Source: Kudoa neothunni (taxonomy: Eukaryota > Animalia > Cnidaria). Taken from it: a DNA stretch of 64,000 nucleotides. The position numbers and the translations under genes are program-made. A model generated the notes under the pieces. The model did no database searches. It was not told where the DNA came from and was given only the letters and a program-made list of their open reading frames with translations. Positions 26,282 through 38,873 of this stretch are shown here, in pieces (the first letter of the stretch is position 1; the number at the start of each line of letters is the position of its first letter). The stretch lies in the NCBI GenBank assembly GCA_964304625.1, contig OZ199839.1:1614093-1678092 (forward strand), given 5' to 3'.

Positions 26282-27922
26282 GACAGTGGCTATTCTCATG
26301 GATCCATTTAATCCCCTCTCGGGACTGGCTATTCTCATGGAAATGAATAACTCCTCCGTTATAGGCGATATTTCAAATCTGACTTCATATTTAAATTGAG
26401 CTATTTTTAATCTAATTTTTTATGTAAAAGTTGTTTGAAATTTAAAGAATAAAAATTCAACACTTTGTATGTCCTATTTACACTGTTCACTAGTAGTACA
26501 CTCACGTTTTTGAGTCTAATATTATGTAATACAAACATCATAATTGAAATGAAAATTAAAAACATATTCTAATAAGTAGAAACCGTTCTGTTCGTGCATT
26601 CTTGTGTCACCCACCATATCTGAATATGCGCGTGAATCCTATTTGGTTGTGGGACGTTCTATTTCTTGAGACTATTTCTAAATTTAAAAAAAAACTTTGG
26701 AATAACTGAAATCTGTAGAACAAGTTTATATATTATATTCAGTTGGAGAGGAGAAATTTAAGCTTGTGTAAGATATAAAGTACCAATTGCATGGAATTAG
26801 TTTGAAAAGTGGTGTCGTTCTTGCTTCCTATGAAGCGCTTTTAAATTGATTTGCTCAAACTTATATCTTTTGTTAAAAAATATTATTGTACTGTTAAAAT
26901 TTCAAATGTGGTTATTTTGGAGAAACTTTTCGGGCGCACAGCTAAACAACCATGACGGGTGGATAAGTTGATCAATTCTTCATTGGAGTGAAAATTGATT
27001 TTTCTGAATTATAAAAGTTACACATCGCTCAGTATCAGGAAACAAATGTTTACAATCCTAAAATGAGATTTTTCAGAACAATTCAAAATGCTCAAGGACG
27101 AATTAACCGTTATTTTTACTCCAACATTGTTTATTATAATACTTACTACATTTCTTCGTTGGCTCGCTTTACAATAGCCAAACCAACGTACCCCAAAAAT
27201 CACCATTCAAAAATTTTCATTTTATAAATCTACCTATTGAGACGATACCAGAGGAATCAGTGCAGAAAATTCAGAATCACCCTGCTTGTTAAAAATTGAT
27301 AAATGAGTTTAAATAAACAAGTATAGGTTTACTCTTAAATTTAAACTCATAGGTTCCTGTATTCACGAATAGGCACCATGAAAACCTTTCTTATACTTAT
27401 GATTAAAGTGAATACATTTATTTGTAGGGACAAAACAATGAAAATTCCCCGAAATTATGGTACAATCTTATAGATACATATGAAAAGTGGTTTACATCGT
27501 TTAAAAATAGTTCGAATCCAATTAATATCCATTAATTAACGACAATTTTGTTAAATTTATATCAAAAAATGTTTAGATAGAAACTTACGTGTTTCGTAAA
27601 TGATTGGAGATGACTTATTCTAAGTTAAACTGAATGCGTTGAGACGTATTAAACTAAAAGTTTCTAACCACCATTAGATATGTTTACGTTTCATTTCAAT
27701 TATAATGTTTATATTACATAATATTAGACTCAAAAACTTGAGTATACTGCTAGTGAACAATGTAAATAGGGCAGACGAAATGTTGAATTTTTATTCATTA
27801 AATTTCAAACAACTTTTACATACAAAATTAAATTAAAAATAGTTCAATTCTAATATGAAGTCAGATTTGAAATATCGCCTATAACGGAGGAGTTATTCGT
27901 TTCCATGAGAATAGCCACTGCC
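26282..27922. mobile_element. Mutator-like (MULE) non-autonomous element with about 230-bp TIRs
   Basis: Perfect 9-bp TSD tttaggttt (26273-26281, 27923-27931). Termini GACAGTGGCTATTCTCATGGA / (rc) GGCAGTGGCTATTCTCATGGA. Long TIRs at about 26326-26553 vs 27689-27916. Confidence 0.85.
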
Positions 27923-28620
27923 TTTAGGTTTGCTATATTTGGCATATCGAAATGTCTCACAGTAACTATCTCAAAGTTTATTTCTGGGAGATTTTCAAAA
28001 TATTTTATTATTTTGTATTTTCCATTTAATGTTGTTGTATTTTTGTCTTCGCTTACCGCTAAATTTCTAATTTTTCAGCGAATAATGCTACATTGGTCAA
28101 CAATGTGCCGGGGGGAAAAGGTGCAATATCGATACATCATGTGATTTTGGCCACGCATTTTACATCATTTACAGTTTATTATTTAAACCAAAATTACCCA
28201 TATGTTATATATATTTGTTTATATAAGCATTGGAAACATTTAGAGTTATAATTAAATAAAATCTCAAAAAGCGCGCAAAATCGATTACCGACCGTATATT
28301 TATTATTAATTATTATTATGATTATAATAAAATGTTTTAAATATATTAAAGTTTTGTTTCATTTAAATTAATTTTAATGTATGATACAAAATTAAAATAT
28401 TCGATGAATAGCTAAATATTACAAAAATCACTCTCCAAGGATATTTATAGTGTATAGGATTACTTAAATTATAACACCAAATATCATTTCTTATGTTTAG
28501 TTAACTAATAAATAAACAGATAATTTACGATAATTGAGTGACTTTATTCGATTACTTTATACTTGGACCAAAAAGAGGGTCCATTGAGCGTTTGTATAAC
28601 TTTTCTAGGTGAGCATTCTA

Positions 28621-30428
28621 GCTATTTTACAGTATATACAATATGTGACGATCTTTAGCATTTTTCGTAAATTGTCGATTTATTGCTTGGTATGGAAACT
28701 TTTACGAAATTATTCACCTTAGAGGACAACAACGATATAACAGTTTTCGACTTTTTATATTTCCTTGAAGATAATGCATATACAATTAAAGTTTTGCAGA
28801 ATCTTGGACCTCTACAAAGCTACATGAAATGTTCGTGTGGCGCAGTAATGAAGATATCAACAAGAAAGGGCACCGATGAGGGCTACCAATTTAGATGTAC
28901 AGATTGACAAAAACGATGCTCAGCAAGAAAAAATAGTATTTACGAATAATCCAAACTTCCTCTGTGGAAAAGTTTTATTTTTATGATTTACGTCATACAA
29001 AACCCAACGGCTATTTGCGAAACGCTACAATTTTATTTCAAAATAGAGTCATATACTACCATTTTTGAATGGAAGAGTATTATTCATGATTTAATGAATC
29101 AAAACTTGATGAAGAATCCGAAAAAATCAAGGGAATAGGAGTTGTTGTACAGATCGATGAAACCGCTATCTCAAAAAGATAATACAATATAGTTAGATTT
29201 TTGGAGAATCAACAGTATTGGATGATAAGTGAGATAGATGAAGATGGAAACTGCTTCATAAAAATTTCCCGCCTTAGATATCAATGTTCTCGAGAGAATA
29301 ATCAACGAAAATGTTGATGACGGTTCCGCAATATGGACAGCTAGTTGGACTGGGTATAATTCTACTGGCAGATTTAGGATTTGTTCATGGGGAAGTCATC
29401 CATAAAGAAGATTTGTCTCGAACGAAGGTGTCCATATTAATCGAATCGAAGCTACTTGGGGAGCTTTCAAACGCAAATATACAGAAATGCGATCAACAAA
29501 AGTCCGGAAAGCTTTCCTGGATATATATCCGATTTTTTGTTTAGGCTTAAATATAAAAATAAAGAATTTAATAGGCTGTAAAAATACATAATGATTTTAT
29601 ATTCAATCTAATATTATTTCCGACTTTTCCGAGAGTTATCTTTTTGTACCGAAGATCGTCACATACTATTAAGTCAGTGGTGGGCATTACTTTTGGTTCT
29701 GCGGGCCACATTGGCTCATTACAAAAACTTGGAGGGCCGCGTTGTTGATTAAATGTTTTCTGAGAACTTAAATACCTATTGGTGGTTTTTCTAACATTTT
29801 TGATACAATAAAAAAGTTAGTGTATAAATTAATTTAGAAAGGAACTAAATAATTAAAAAAAATCGAAATTTGGTGATCGGCATACTATTGCAAGTTTCGA
29901 TCGGAATAATAGATTTTATCGCTTTTCAAATATATTAATAAATTAGATTTTTTTAACTCGGCGAAGGTAATGGAAAATATGGATATGGTTCTTATTGCGT
30001 CGAACCTAACTTATGTATGAGTATCGCATCCTCAGATGTTTTTCTGCTATTTAGTTATTTTTAGATTCTTTTTGTTGCGAATCGAATCTCGTGTACCATT
30101 TTTTCTGAGTTTTATGACGTGATTTTGTTTTAAGGGCGTATTAGATCTTACCTCATTCACATTTACATATGATAATCATAGGTACGATGCAAGCATAGGT
30201 AAAACATAAAATCAGATAATAAAATCGCGTAAAATTAAAGTTCACAAATCCATAATATTCATCAAAGGTTGTTTATTTATTCGTTTATGGAAGATATATG
30301 CTGTCTTGATGTTTCTAGATTTTGATAACATGTACAGGCTCGCGCAAATTTCAGCCGCATAAACCCGTCCGGGGCCGCACAAGATTTATTCGGGGACCTC
30401 ACTTTGCCCACCACTGTGTTAAGTAGCC
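28621..30428 (+). mobile_element. Merlin transposon with decayed transposase (about 28683-29590)
   Basis: TIR GCTA...TATGTGACGATCTT at left. Right TIR AAGATCGTCACATACTATTAAGT|AGCC is split by a hAT insertion. Protein: MKCSCG..YQFRC zinc ribbon, GVVVQIDETAISKR, VHINRIEATWGAFKR. Confidence 0.85.
29675..30416. mobile_element. hAT MITE (Buster/Charlie-type)
   Basis: 12-bp TIR CAGTGGTGGGCA. 8-bp TSD tattaagt / tgttaagt. GGGCCGC subterminal motifs. Confidence 0.9.
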
Positions 30429-30970
30429 AAGATTCCCACGGAATAGAATTTTTCTAACTTAGCCCGATAAGTAGAAGATAAATAAAACTTTGTATAGCAG
30501 TAAATCAGAATTATGTATTTATTTTAATTCCTCGTAATTCTGTAGTTGGTATCTCATTATCAATAATTACAATAAAGCAAGTCATACCCCACAAAAACAT
30601 GATTACATACAGAAAATCACCAATAATTTTTTAAAATTATTTTTAAAATATCGAAGTATTTCGATAATGATTACATATCTAATTTATTGGAAAAATCCAC
30701 GCGTCTTTCCTAATCCGATTAAAATTATTACCATGGTGATAATCTTATGCTCATCCGATTTAAATTTTTCTGTCAAAACAATACCGTTCTTCTAATATAA
30801 AGGGTGTCGGCGTAGCGAATATATTTATATTTATAAAAAGATAGGCGCTGAATAGAGTAATCATCAACCATATTTTAATATCAAACAATGATTAGATTAA
30901 CAATAGATTAAATTTAATCGCATAATTATAAAGAGTTGAGCGTTGGGAGAGTTCTGTTTAATTCTGAATT

Positions 30971-32551
30971 TTGGAAGTTATGGATGAGGTGGAGAATTTA
31001 AAGATTAAGCTTGAGCGTGTATTGTGCATGAAGGATGCTGCTGAGCGAATGATGAAAAAATGCAAGAACATCGACCAAATTCAAAGCTGTTACAAAAGTA
31101 TAGTATTGATGGACAGACAGAAAAAGTTTTACGATTCACAAATCAAATCTTTCACGGATGAAAACAATTTGGAAATGATTAGACCAATGTATATTGAGAA
31201 GAATTGATTGATTAAATTTTAATTATTAATGGATTAAGTGGATCAGGATGTTCTGCTACAATTCGATGTAATTTTTGTGTTCCTAACCGAGGTATGCATT
31301 TGTCTCAATAGTGAATATTCCATTTGTCACTTTCGACATTATTAAAACTCGAAAAAGCGACACCAAACTTATCACTCATGCTTACATTGAGGCTATTTGC
31401 AATGAGGAAATATTTCAGTCAGATTTAGTAGAGATTGATCATCATATCAGTGAATTTGTGGCATTTAATATTACATTGTAAATTTTATTTAATGTTTTAT
31501 TGACATGAAAAAAAATTAACCAGTTATCTGTTTTCACAGAAGTGATGTCGATCCGCAAACAGTTATAAAATTTTATATCTATTCCTGGAAAATGAAAATG
31601 CCGGATACAAGGGTAAATATTATATCCAGAAAAGCAATCACTTCTTTGCCCAATCAAAACGATTCATCTTTTGATCTATACGCCATACATAATTCGACAG
31701 TTATATCCTTGGCCAGAAATAATTTATTCGAATATGATGGTGTGTGCGTATTTGTGGGATTTGTTACGATTTTGTTGGTTTTAGTGATTAATCCAGAAAA
31801 TATACTCTCCAGTTTCACAGAGTACAGCAAAATCGCATCAGCTTCTTTAATTATTTATCCTGATAAGTATTCTAGAATTTTTACGAAAAATAAAGTTGTT
31901 GTCATAGTATGAGACTTTATTGCTTTTGTTTTATTCTTATTTTTCAATTAGACAGTAAAGGAAGTGTTAAATATGGATGAGGAGGGCGATGTAAATGCAT
32001 TTTGTAGATTTATTAACTTTTTATTTTGGGTTCTAGGAATATTCCTTTTTAACGTTGTACTGGAACATTGATTCTGGTTGCTTGAAGTTTTACTTCGATA
32101 TCTATCTCTGCAAATGTCTCGATACATTGACTACACCTTTGGTCGAAGTACTAATATTTTCGCTCATATATTAATTATTTTTATATATAAAGATTGTATC
32201 GAGTAGTTTTATATTCAATTCTTTTTTAAGATTGAGGATATAACAATAAATGAGATCGAGAACGAACTAATAATTACAACCACTACCCATGTGATTACTT
32301 TGATGGTGGAAAACAGAGCTCACCTTCAATCCTCAATTGATATGATAGAGAAAACCATGAGTTTCGGGCGTGTAAGTTTTTTCTTGTTAGATAATGTGTA
32401 AGGTGGAATGTTCCAAATAGTCATGGCCTTCAAATCTTATTTCTTTTCCAAGATCGACCACAAATTTTCTCAAGAGCGCTCTTTCAAGTCCCACCTCATT
32501 CTTTGATTCCATTGGGATGCCCGTTTTGAAACAAACTTCTCGGTCGAACTA
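30971..32551 (+). CDS. Rhotekin/anillin-like Rho effector (HR1-like RBD + anillin-homology + PH-like), multi-exon
   Basis: LKIKLERVLCMKDAAERMMKKCKNIDQIQSCYKSIV follows the rhotekin RBD pattern (L..KL.....M...A......C....Q.....KSL). Spliced exons EEIFQSDLVEIDHHISEF and SDVDPQTVIKFYIYS resemble the anillin-homology domain. YWNIDSGCLKFY and ITLMVENRAHLQSSIDMI resemble PH strands and helix. Start and last exon uncertain. Confidence 0.65.
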
Positions 32552-33989
32552 AGACTTTTTAAGTGTTACCTACTTTTCAGAATTTATCGTATTACTGTTT
32601 TCAATATTTTTTCAAAATAATTTTGATAATACGTTTATTTAAATTTTTCAATTGGAATAAATAATTTGTTGGCGCTCATTTATGTTATTTTTGCGTGATA
32701 CATCTTATAAGATCGGCCGTTAAATTCTTAGTCTTATTTCAAAAGGTTGTCAGGAGAGTCATCGATTTTAAGTCAATTAATTAAACTGTTACAATTCGAT
32801 GCTATAACACTGTCATTTTTGTTTAATTGATTAAATCCGTTAATTTATGATTTTTTTTGGCCATAAATAACAGAGAAATGTATATTTTGAATTATTTTAA
32901 ATGTTATCTAAAAATAATTAATTAAATTTTGATTTTTATATGAATAAATAGGGGCAAAAATAAATAATTTTTAAATACTGCATATGTGATGTAGCGTTCT
33001 CATTAAGATTGATTAATATTTTTTAATTGTTTTTAATACTTGCTTTAGTTAGTAAAAAAATAAAAATTTCATTAGTTACGTTTTTATAAAAATGAAACAT
33101 TTTCGAGTACTAAAAATCTTAAATTTTATCCGAGTTATGTGAAGTCAAATTAAACCCTCTTCAGGTGCTGCGTGCAAATAAATTAAACGCACGCCGAAGA
33201 TTGATCTTTCGTCGTACACCACGAAAAACTATCTTAATAAGTTTGAATTCCATAGACCCCGAATAAATTAATTAAAATTAAATAAACATTAATAAATTTA
33301 TAGAAAAATTAGAAATATTGTTCAATTTCCTTTGTATGTAAAACAGCATTATTAGCTTGGCAATGAAGCCCAGCTGTGCGAATATCAAAGTAATCCAATG
33401 ACCCCAATTTAACGCAGGCCAAAAATTATATGGACTATTTTGGGTTGATAAACTTGAAAAGTATGGATGAACATGAAAATGAGTAAAATTAATGTCCAAA
33501 CGTGTACACTGGCTCTGTGCAATCTCTCGTTACCTTCCTAGAAATCAGGTTTTACCAAAGCGGGAAATAATACTTCCGTATTTATTTTCGTGGTCATTAT
33601 TTTTGAATCCTTTATCATGAATTTGTTTAAAAATAATGTATGACATGGAATTATACTTAATCGATAAAAATAGAGAATCGAAAATTATTTCATCAAAGTT
33701 AGAATTTTTTCATTGATATATAAATCAATGGAATCTACGGCACTGTTTATGATAGTGACTATTTGCATCAGTACCCGAAACGATATTTTTGAAAAATCTC
33801 ATTGGTTTTGGGAAATTTCAAGAATCCAAGGTTAACGCAAAAATCACAAGATATTCAGGAAATCACAAGCTTTGGACTATCTGGCATATACGTTTTTATT
33901 ATGCTCGAGAATAAAAGCATGTACACAAGGTTGTAATGTCGCAGAAATTTGGTAAATCTAAACACCAAATCATTAATACTCAAAAAATT

Positions 33990-34980
33990 CTGAGATGTTG
34001 TTTTACCAGAATTACTTCTACATCCAATATTATTCGAATGACCTCACATTTCTGGAGATATCAAAACAAGAAATGTCCTGGTAAAGTTTCTACGTCACCA
34101 TTCGATTAAGTTGATGAGCCCAAACTCATCAAATAACATAATTATTATTTATTCTACAGCGGCATTGAAGGATGTTTTTGGTGAATGTTAACAATTTTCA
34201 GAAATTAGTTAATGTTCAATTCATAAAGCGTATTCATTCGCGATTATCAATGTAATATTATTCAAGTCGTCAATCTTAGATGAAAATATATTTGCAAAAA
34301 TAATCGTAATGCAAGAAAAAGGAATTCCGTTGTAGCTGGTTGCGCATAAGGCATGCAGTTTTCGAGTTAAACCATCGATTTTATCAGGATTGTTTGTACT
34401 TTTTTTCAATCCTCAAATAAGTACGAAAAATCGATTGCCTATTGTACAAAAAAATTGTACTTAACTTAAAAAAGCTATTCGTGATAAAATGTTTGTTTGA
34501 TTCAGGAGTGGAAAACCTCAACATAAGAGTAATATTGACCACCATTGATAACTCACGTATTCAAAAAACTCAAAAATAACGATTACAGACGGTAAAGTTA
34601 ACGCCCGTCAAAGAGAATTCTTTCAACTCTATGTTACACAGGGAAAAATATTTTGGAATATTTTTCCATTAGTATATTTATTATTGAGAACGATGAAGGA
34701 GAATGGCTATTGGAGGACAATCAACATTATTAAAAGTATGCGTCATCGAAGTTACTCAGATTACACCATTATTGATTTTGAGATGTCTGCATATGTTGCT
34801 TTAAAACAAATCGAACATATACATTGCCTGTTTCAATTTGGCCAATGTATTTTTAGAAAAATCTAAATTTGGCTATGGATCATCTTCAAAAAAAAGAATT
34901 AAAATTTTTATTGTCAAATACCTTAACTCCATAACATATACTTCATTCGAATGTGTAAAAATGGAATATACAAATATTAT
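33990..34980 (+). pseudogene. Mutator-like (FLYWCH-MULE) transposase remnant
   Basis: TFWRYQNKKCPGKV (FLYWCH-like), ITDGK..EFFQLYVT..FPLVYLLL and IIDFEMSAYVAL..HCLFQFGQCIFRKI (MULE DDE domain motifs). Confidence 0.75.
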
Positions 34981-35757
34981 CTTTTTTCAACCAAAGTAAA
35001 TTACCGCGCGTACGCAATTTTCTGTTTTCGTAATATTTTATGTAGCTATTTTAAAATAAGTTATAAAACCTTTTTATGACTATATTTAAATGTTAAATAT
35101 TTAATTAACAAACTGAAACATTAATCTTTAGTTGTCAAACAACATACGGATAGTGCGTAATATTTTTGAAGTTGACCTTGGATTTTCAGTTATTAAAAAG
35201 TTACAAATGAGCAAATATTCCAAGTTAGAATTCAAAACTATCAAAAAATATAATAAAACAATACGCCAATCTACTTTATAACAAATACGAGGCTATTTCA
35301 TTCAAATATTTTAAGATATCTATGTCCGTATTAAGCGGGTTTCTAAACAATAAAGAAACCCCTATTTAACTTTTTGAAGAAGGCCTAACAAAAAAGAACA
35401 GGAAAACTTTAAAGTAAGATAAAATATATCACTCGATCAACTTTTATATAACTGAATGTGCTGAGCAAGATTCAAAAAGTGAATTAAACACAGTGGTTTT
35501 ATTCAAAAAAAAAGAGCTATCCCTAAAGGAAAAATTGATAATGTTGTAACGAATGGATGGTTTCGTGGATTGAAATATCGCTATAATACGGGGAAAAATT
35601 TTTTTCATAGAGAATCCGTAGGCGTTGATCCAACAACTACAAATGAGTTGTTGAGGCAACTTGATAAATTATGTGAGGGATATTTTGGTGATTTTTTCTA
35701 TAATATTAATGAAAACTCCTCATTTTATCGGAAGTGTGATGAACATTTAGTTACAAC

Positions 35758-35793
35758 ATATATATATATATATATATATATAGATATAGATAT
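35758..35793. repeat. (TA)n microsatellite
   Basis: About 12 TA units followed by gatata repeats. Confidence 0.9.
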
Positions 35794-35838
35794 TTTTTAG
35801 AAAAAAATATGTTTCTTCTGAAAACTACATTAAGAATA

Positions 35839-36844
35839 CAGTAAAAAACCAACTTCACGTAATCCCATCGGGACCAAGAAAAGGCGCGTCAAGTCGGTCA
35901 CATCCAATTTCACGCATTTGCGTGTGCAATTATCCCAGAAAAAATTGACATTTAATAATGGTTAAGTTGTCTCTAAAAACGCCAGTTAATTATATATTAA
36001 TTTTGAAAAGATAATTAAAACTCGGGAAACGTATTAACAGCAAAAAACTATTTTTTAATGATCTATGAAATACTCCCCTTGTTGCTACCGGTAGAATACA
36101 GCAGTTTCGTCTACATTGTAAATAAAATTTTTAGAGTATCTTTCAAAAAGATTTTCTAATTTGATTGATTCATTCTAAGGTAATTTTAGGCGTAGCATCA
36201 ACAGATTAGTTAATAAAATTCGATTTTTAAATGTTAAACTTTTTTTAGATCAACAAAACCCTCCATGAATTTTACATGAAGGTAAACCTTTTTCTTTGGC
36301 TAATTAATTTCTCGTAATGATTATCGTTAGGACGTTGACTAAAATCCTTTCGCCTCGTGTCTACCCAATCCACTCACATACAGCTTCATCAACAGAATAA
36401 AATTGCCCTGCATGCAAATAATTTCTATTTTTAGATTCTAAAAACATTTATGGGTTTTGTTTATTTTATTTTTCATTTCTTGGATGCTTTTACGAGTCGA
36501 GATAATAAATCTTTTAAAACGTGATACCGTGGCCGTTTTTGAATTATAAGATGGGGCACCTTCATAATAATTAGTAATATTGTACTTTTCGGCAATAGAT
36601 ATAGTTTCTGGAACTTTTTAACATTAACTATTATCTCAACTAAATAATAAACAAGAAGTACCAGAAAAAAGTGGGTGAATTTTGTCGATCACGTGACTTT
36701 AAGTTACATTATTTAGTTATTTTTTGAAATAATCTTTATAGAAATTTTGATTGAAATATTATAAGAAACATTATAAAAACAGTAACTAGTCAATATTCCA
36801 ACTAAATAGATTTTAAAAAAGCGCATGAAATTGGTTACCTATTG
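35839..36844 (-). mobile_element. Internally deleted pogo/Tigger-like element
   Basis: TA-flanked imperfect TIRs CAGTAAAAAACCAACTTCACG / (rc) CAATAGGTAACCAATTTCATG. Minus-strand CENP-B HTH remnant YSVDEAVCEWIG at about 36370-36400. Confidence 0.65.
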
Positions 36845-36849
36845 TACTA

Positions 36850-38873
36850 CAGTAAGGTCTCGATATTGCGTGATTTTCAATTTGTAGTCTTTGTTTAATT
36901 CAAACTGTACAATTAATTGGCTGAAATGTTGTTATATGGTTAACAGAATATGTTTTCATATTTATATATATTTTTTGTGTAAGATCAGTGAAAATCGAGG
37001 GTCTTGCTACTACGTGGCTTTTTTTCCATAAAATAATCCGATGAATCCACCTTTTGTACCGTTACAGAAGTTGAAATGGTTAGGTGTCAGAGAAGCATTA
37101 AGGATAAATGAGAAATAATATTGCATTATAAATCATTAGGACCGATTCCCAGGGCCAAAGCTTTAACAGTAAAGAAATTTAACCTGCCTAGTAAGCATCA
37201 ATTTCTAATCATTATTAAATAAACATAGGCTATTCTTCGTTGAATAGAATGTTGTCTAAGGAAAGCGAAATCATCGATTCAAATTTTTCTGATAGTCGTA
37301 TTAGAATGAAAAACGGGAAATATGATGAACTTGAAAGTCTACTATTCAACTGGATTGTTCTCCAAAGAAAAAAGAAGAAAAATATTCCGGGACTTATTAT
37401 TTACGAAAAGGCTAAAAAAATAGCTGAAGATCTCAAAATTTACGATTTTAATTGTAGTAAAGGTTGGTTCTCTAATTTCAAGACAAGGTATTGTTTGACG
37501 AATATCAGATTACACGGAGAGGCTGGAAGTGCTGATGTAAGTGCGATCCCTGAATTGATTAACAATAATTCAAATATTCTTGGTAAGTATAAACGGGAAG
37601 ATATTATAAATATGGATGAAGCCGCCCTTTTTAACGAACAATTACCTCAGCAAACGTATGTCACCAAGCACGAATCTGGCATAAAAGGGACAAAACAGTC
37701 AAAAAAAAAGAGTAACAATATTGGTTATTGCTTCAAGTACCGGCGAGAAATTTCCACTTTACGTGATTGGAAAATTTAAGAAGCCGCGTTGTTTTAATGG
37801 GGTAAAAAATCTCCCAATAAACTTTAAGTCTTAAAATAATGGTTGGATGTCTGCGGTGTTGAGTTATTCTGATGCAGCGCCAGAAATACCAAACACCATT
37901 TAATAACACAACATTTACGCAAGCGCCAAACTATTATTAATGTGATAATGTAGAGAGCTGACATGCGGCTCTATTCTTAGAAATCCTAAAAAATTTAGAT
38001 AACATGTTCAATCAAGAAAATAGAAAGGTCCCTATCCTCCTTGATCAATGCCCGTCTCATCCCAATTTAACGAACCTCTTTAATAACATTGAATTGTTGT
38101 ACCTACCTAAAAACACCACCAGTGTCCTCCAGCCAATGGATCTCGGCATCATTCATAGTTTGAAGGAAAACTACCGCAAATTGTTGGCCAGAAAATTTCT
38201 GTCTGACGAGGATATTTCAACACTCTTCAAATACACGATTATGGATTGTTTTCATACGTTGAATGAAGCATGGGACATGATAGAGAGAAAAACTATTGAA
38301 AATTGTTTCAAGAAATCTCAGATATTTAGAATTCATAGGATTAGCTAATAAATTAATATTAATATAAAGTAAAGAGGATACTAACGCAGACGTCGACTCA
38401 GCATCTGAAACAATAATTGTTGGTAAATATGCATTTCAGGTAAGTTTGTTTCAAATAAATTCCTAGACGACTTTGACGATGTAAGTGAATTGGAGGAAGC
38501 TGAAACCATACGTGAGGACGCATCATATCAAATCGATAAGGATATTTCGATTGTTTCAAAATGCGATGAAGATCCAGATTTTGATGAAAATAATGAAATA
38601 GTTAGCTCTGCTGAATTAGAAAATGCGATAAATATTATCAGAAAAGCTTTTATGCGAGAGAATCCTGCTGCTTTAATCTATACTCATCCCAGAATGGACG
38701 AAATATATAACATTATTAAAAATAGAGAAAAGTTTAAAAAAATAGATGACTTTTTTGTTAAATTAATATTTTTCGTTGTTTTCGCATGCGCCGGTCTCGG
38801 TATTGCTTGGGGTTTTGCTATTGTGTGGAAAAATCCTACTCCCAAAAATACACGCAATATCGAGACCTTACTG
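36850..38873 (+). mobile_element. pogo/Tigger DNA transposon with disrupted transposase (about 37040-38770)
   Basis: Perfect 23-bp TIR CAGTAAGGTCTCGATATTGCGTG with TA duplication. CENP-B HTH (YDELESLLFNW, SKGWFSNFK) and DDE_1 motifs INMDEAALF, LLDQCPSH, LPKNTTSVLQPMDLGII. Confidence 0.95.
37857..37963. mobile_element. 107-bp TG...CA insertion with 5-bp TSD (mini solo-LTR/TRIM or Ginger-type MITE)
   Basis: TGCGG|TGTTGAG...GCTGACA|TGCGG. Removing it restores the Tigger frame NGWMSA-ALFLEIL. Confidence 0.75.

Larger units (their letters stand above)
25016..28620 (+). mobile_element. Non-autonomous piggyBac-like element carrying nested insertions; right terminus damaged
   Basis: TTAA|CCCTAGAAAGCTCAATGAGCCC at 25012-25037. 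The inverted counterpart GGACC..GGGTCCATTGAGC...TGAGCATTCTAG at 28565-28621 abuts a Merlin end. No right-hand TTAA. Confidence 0.6.
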
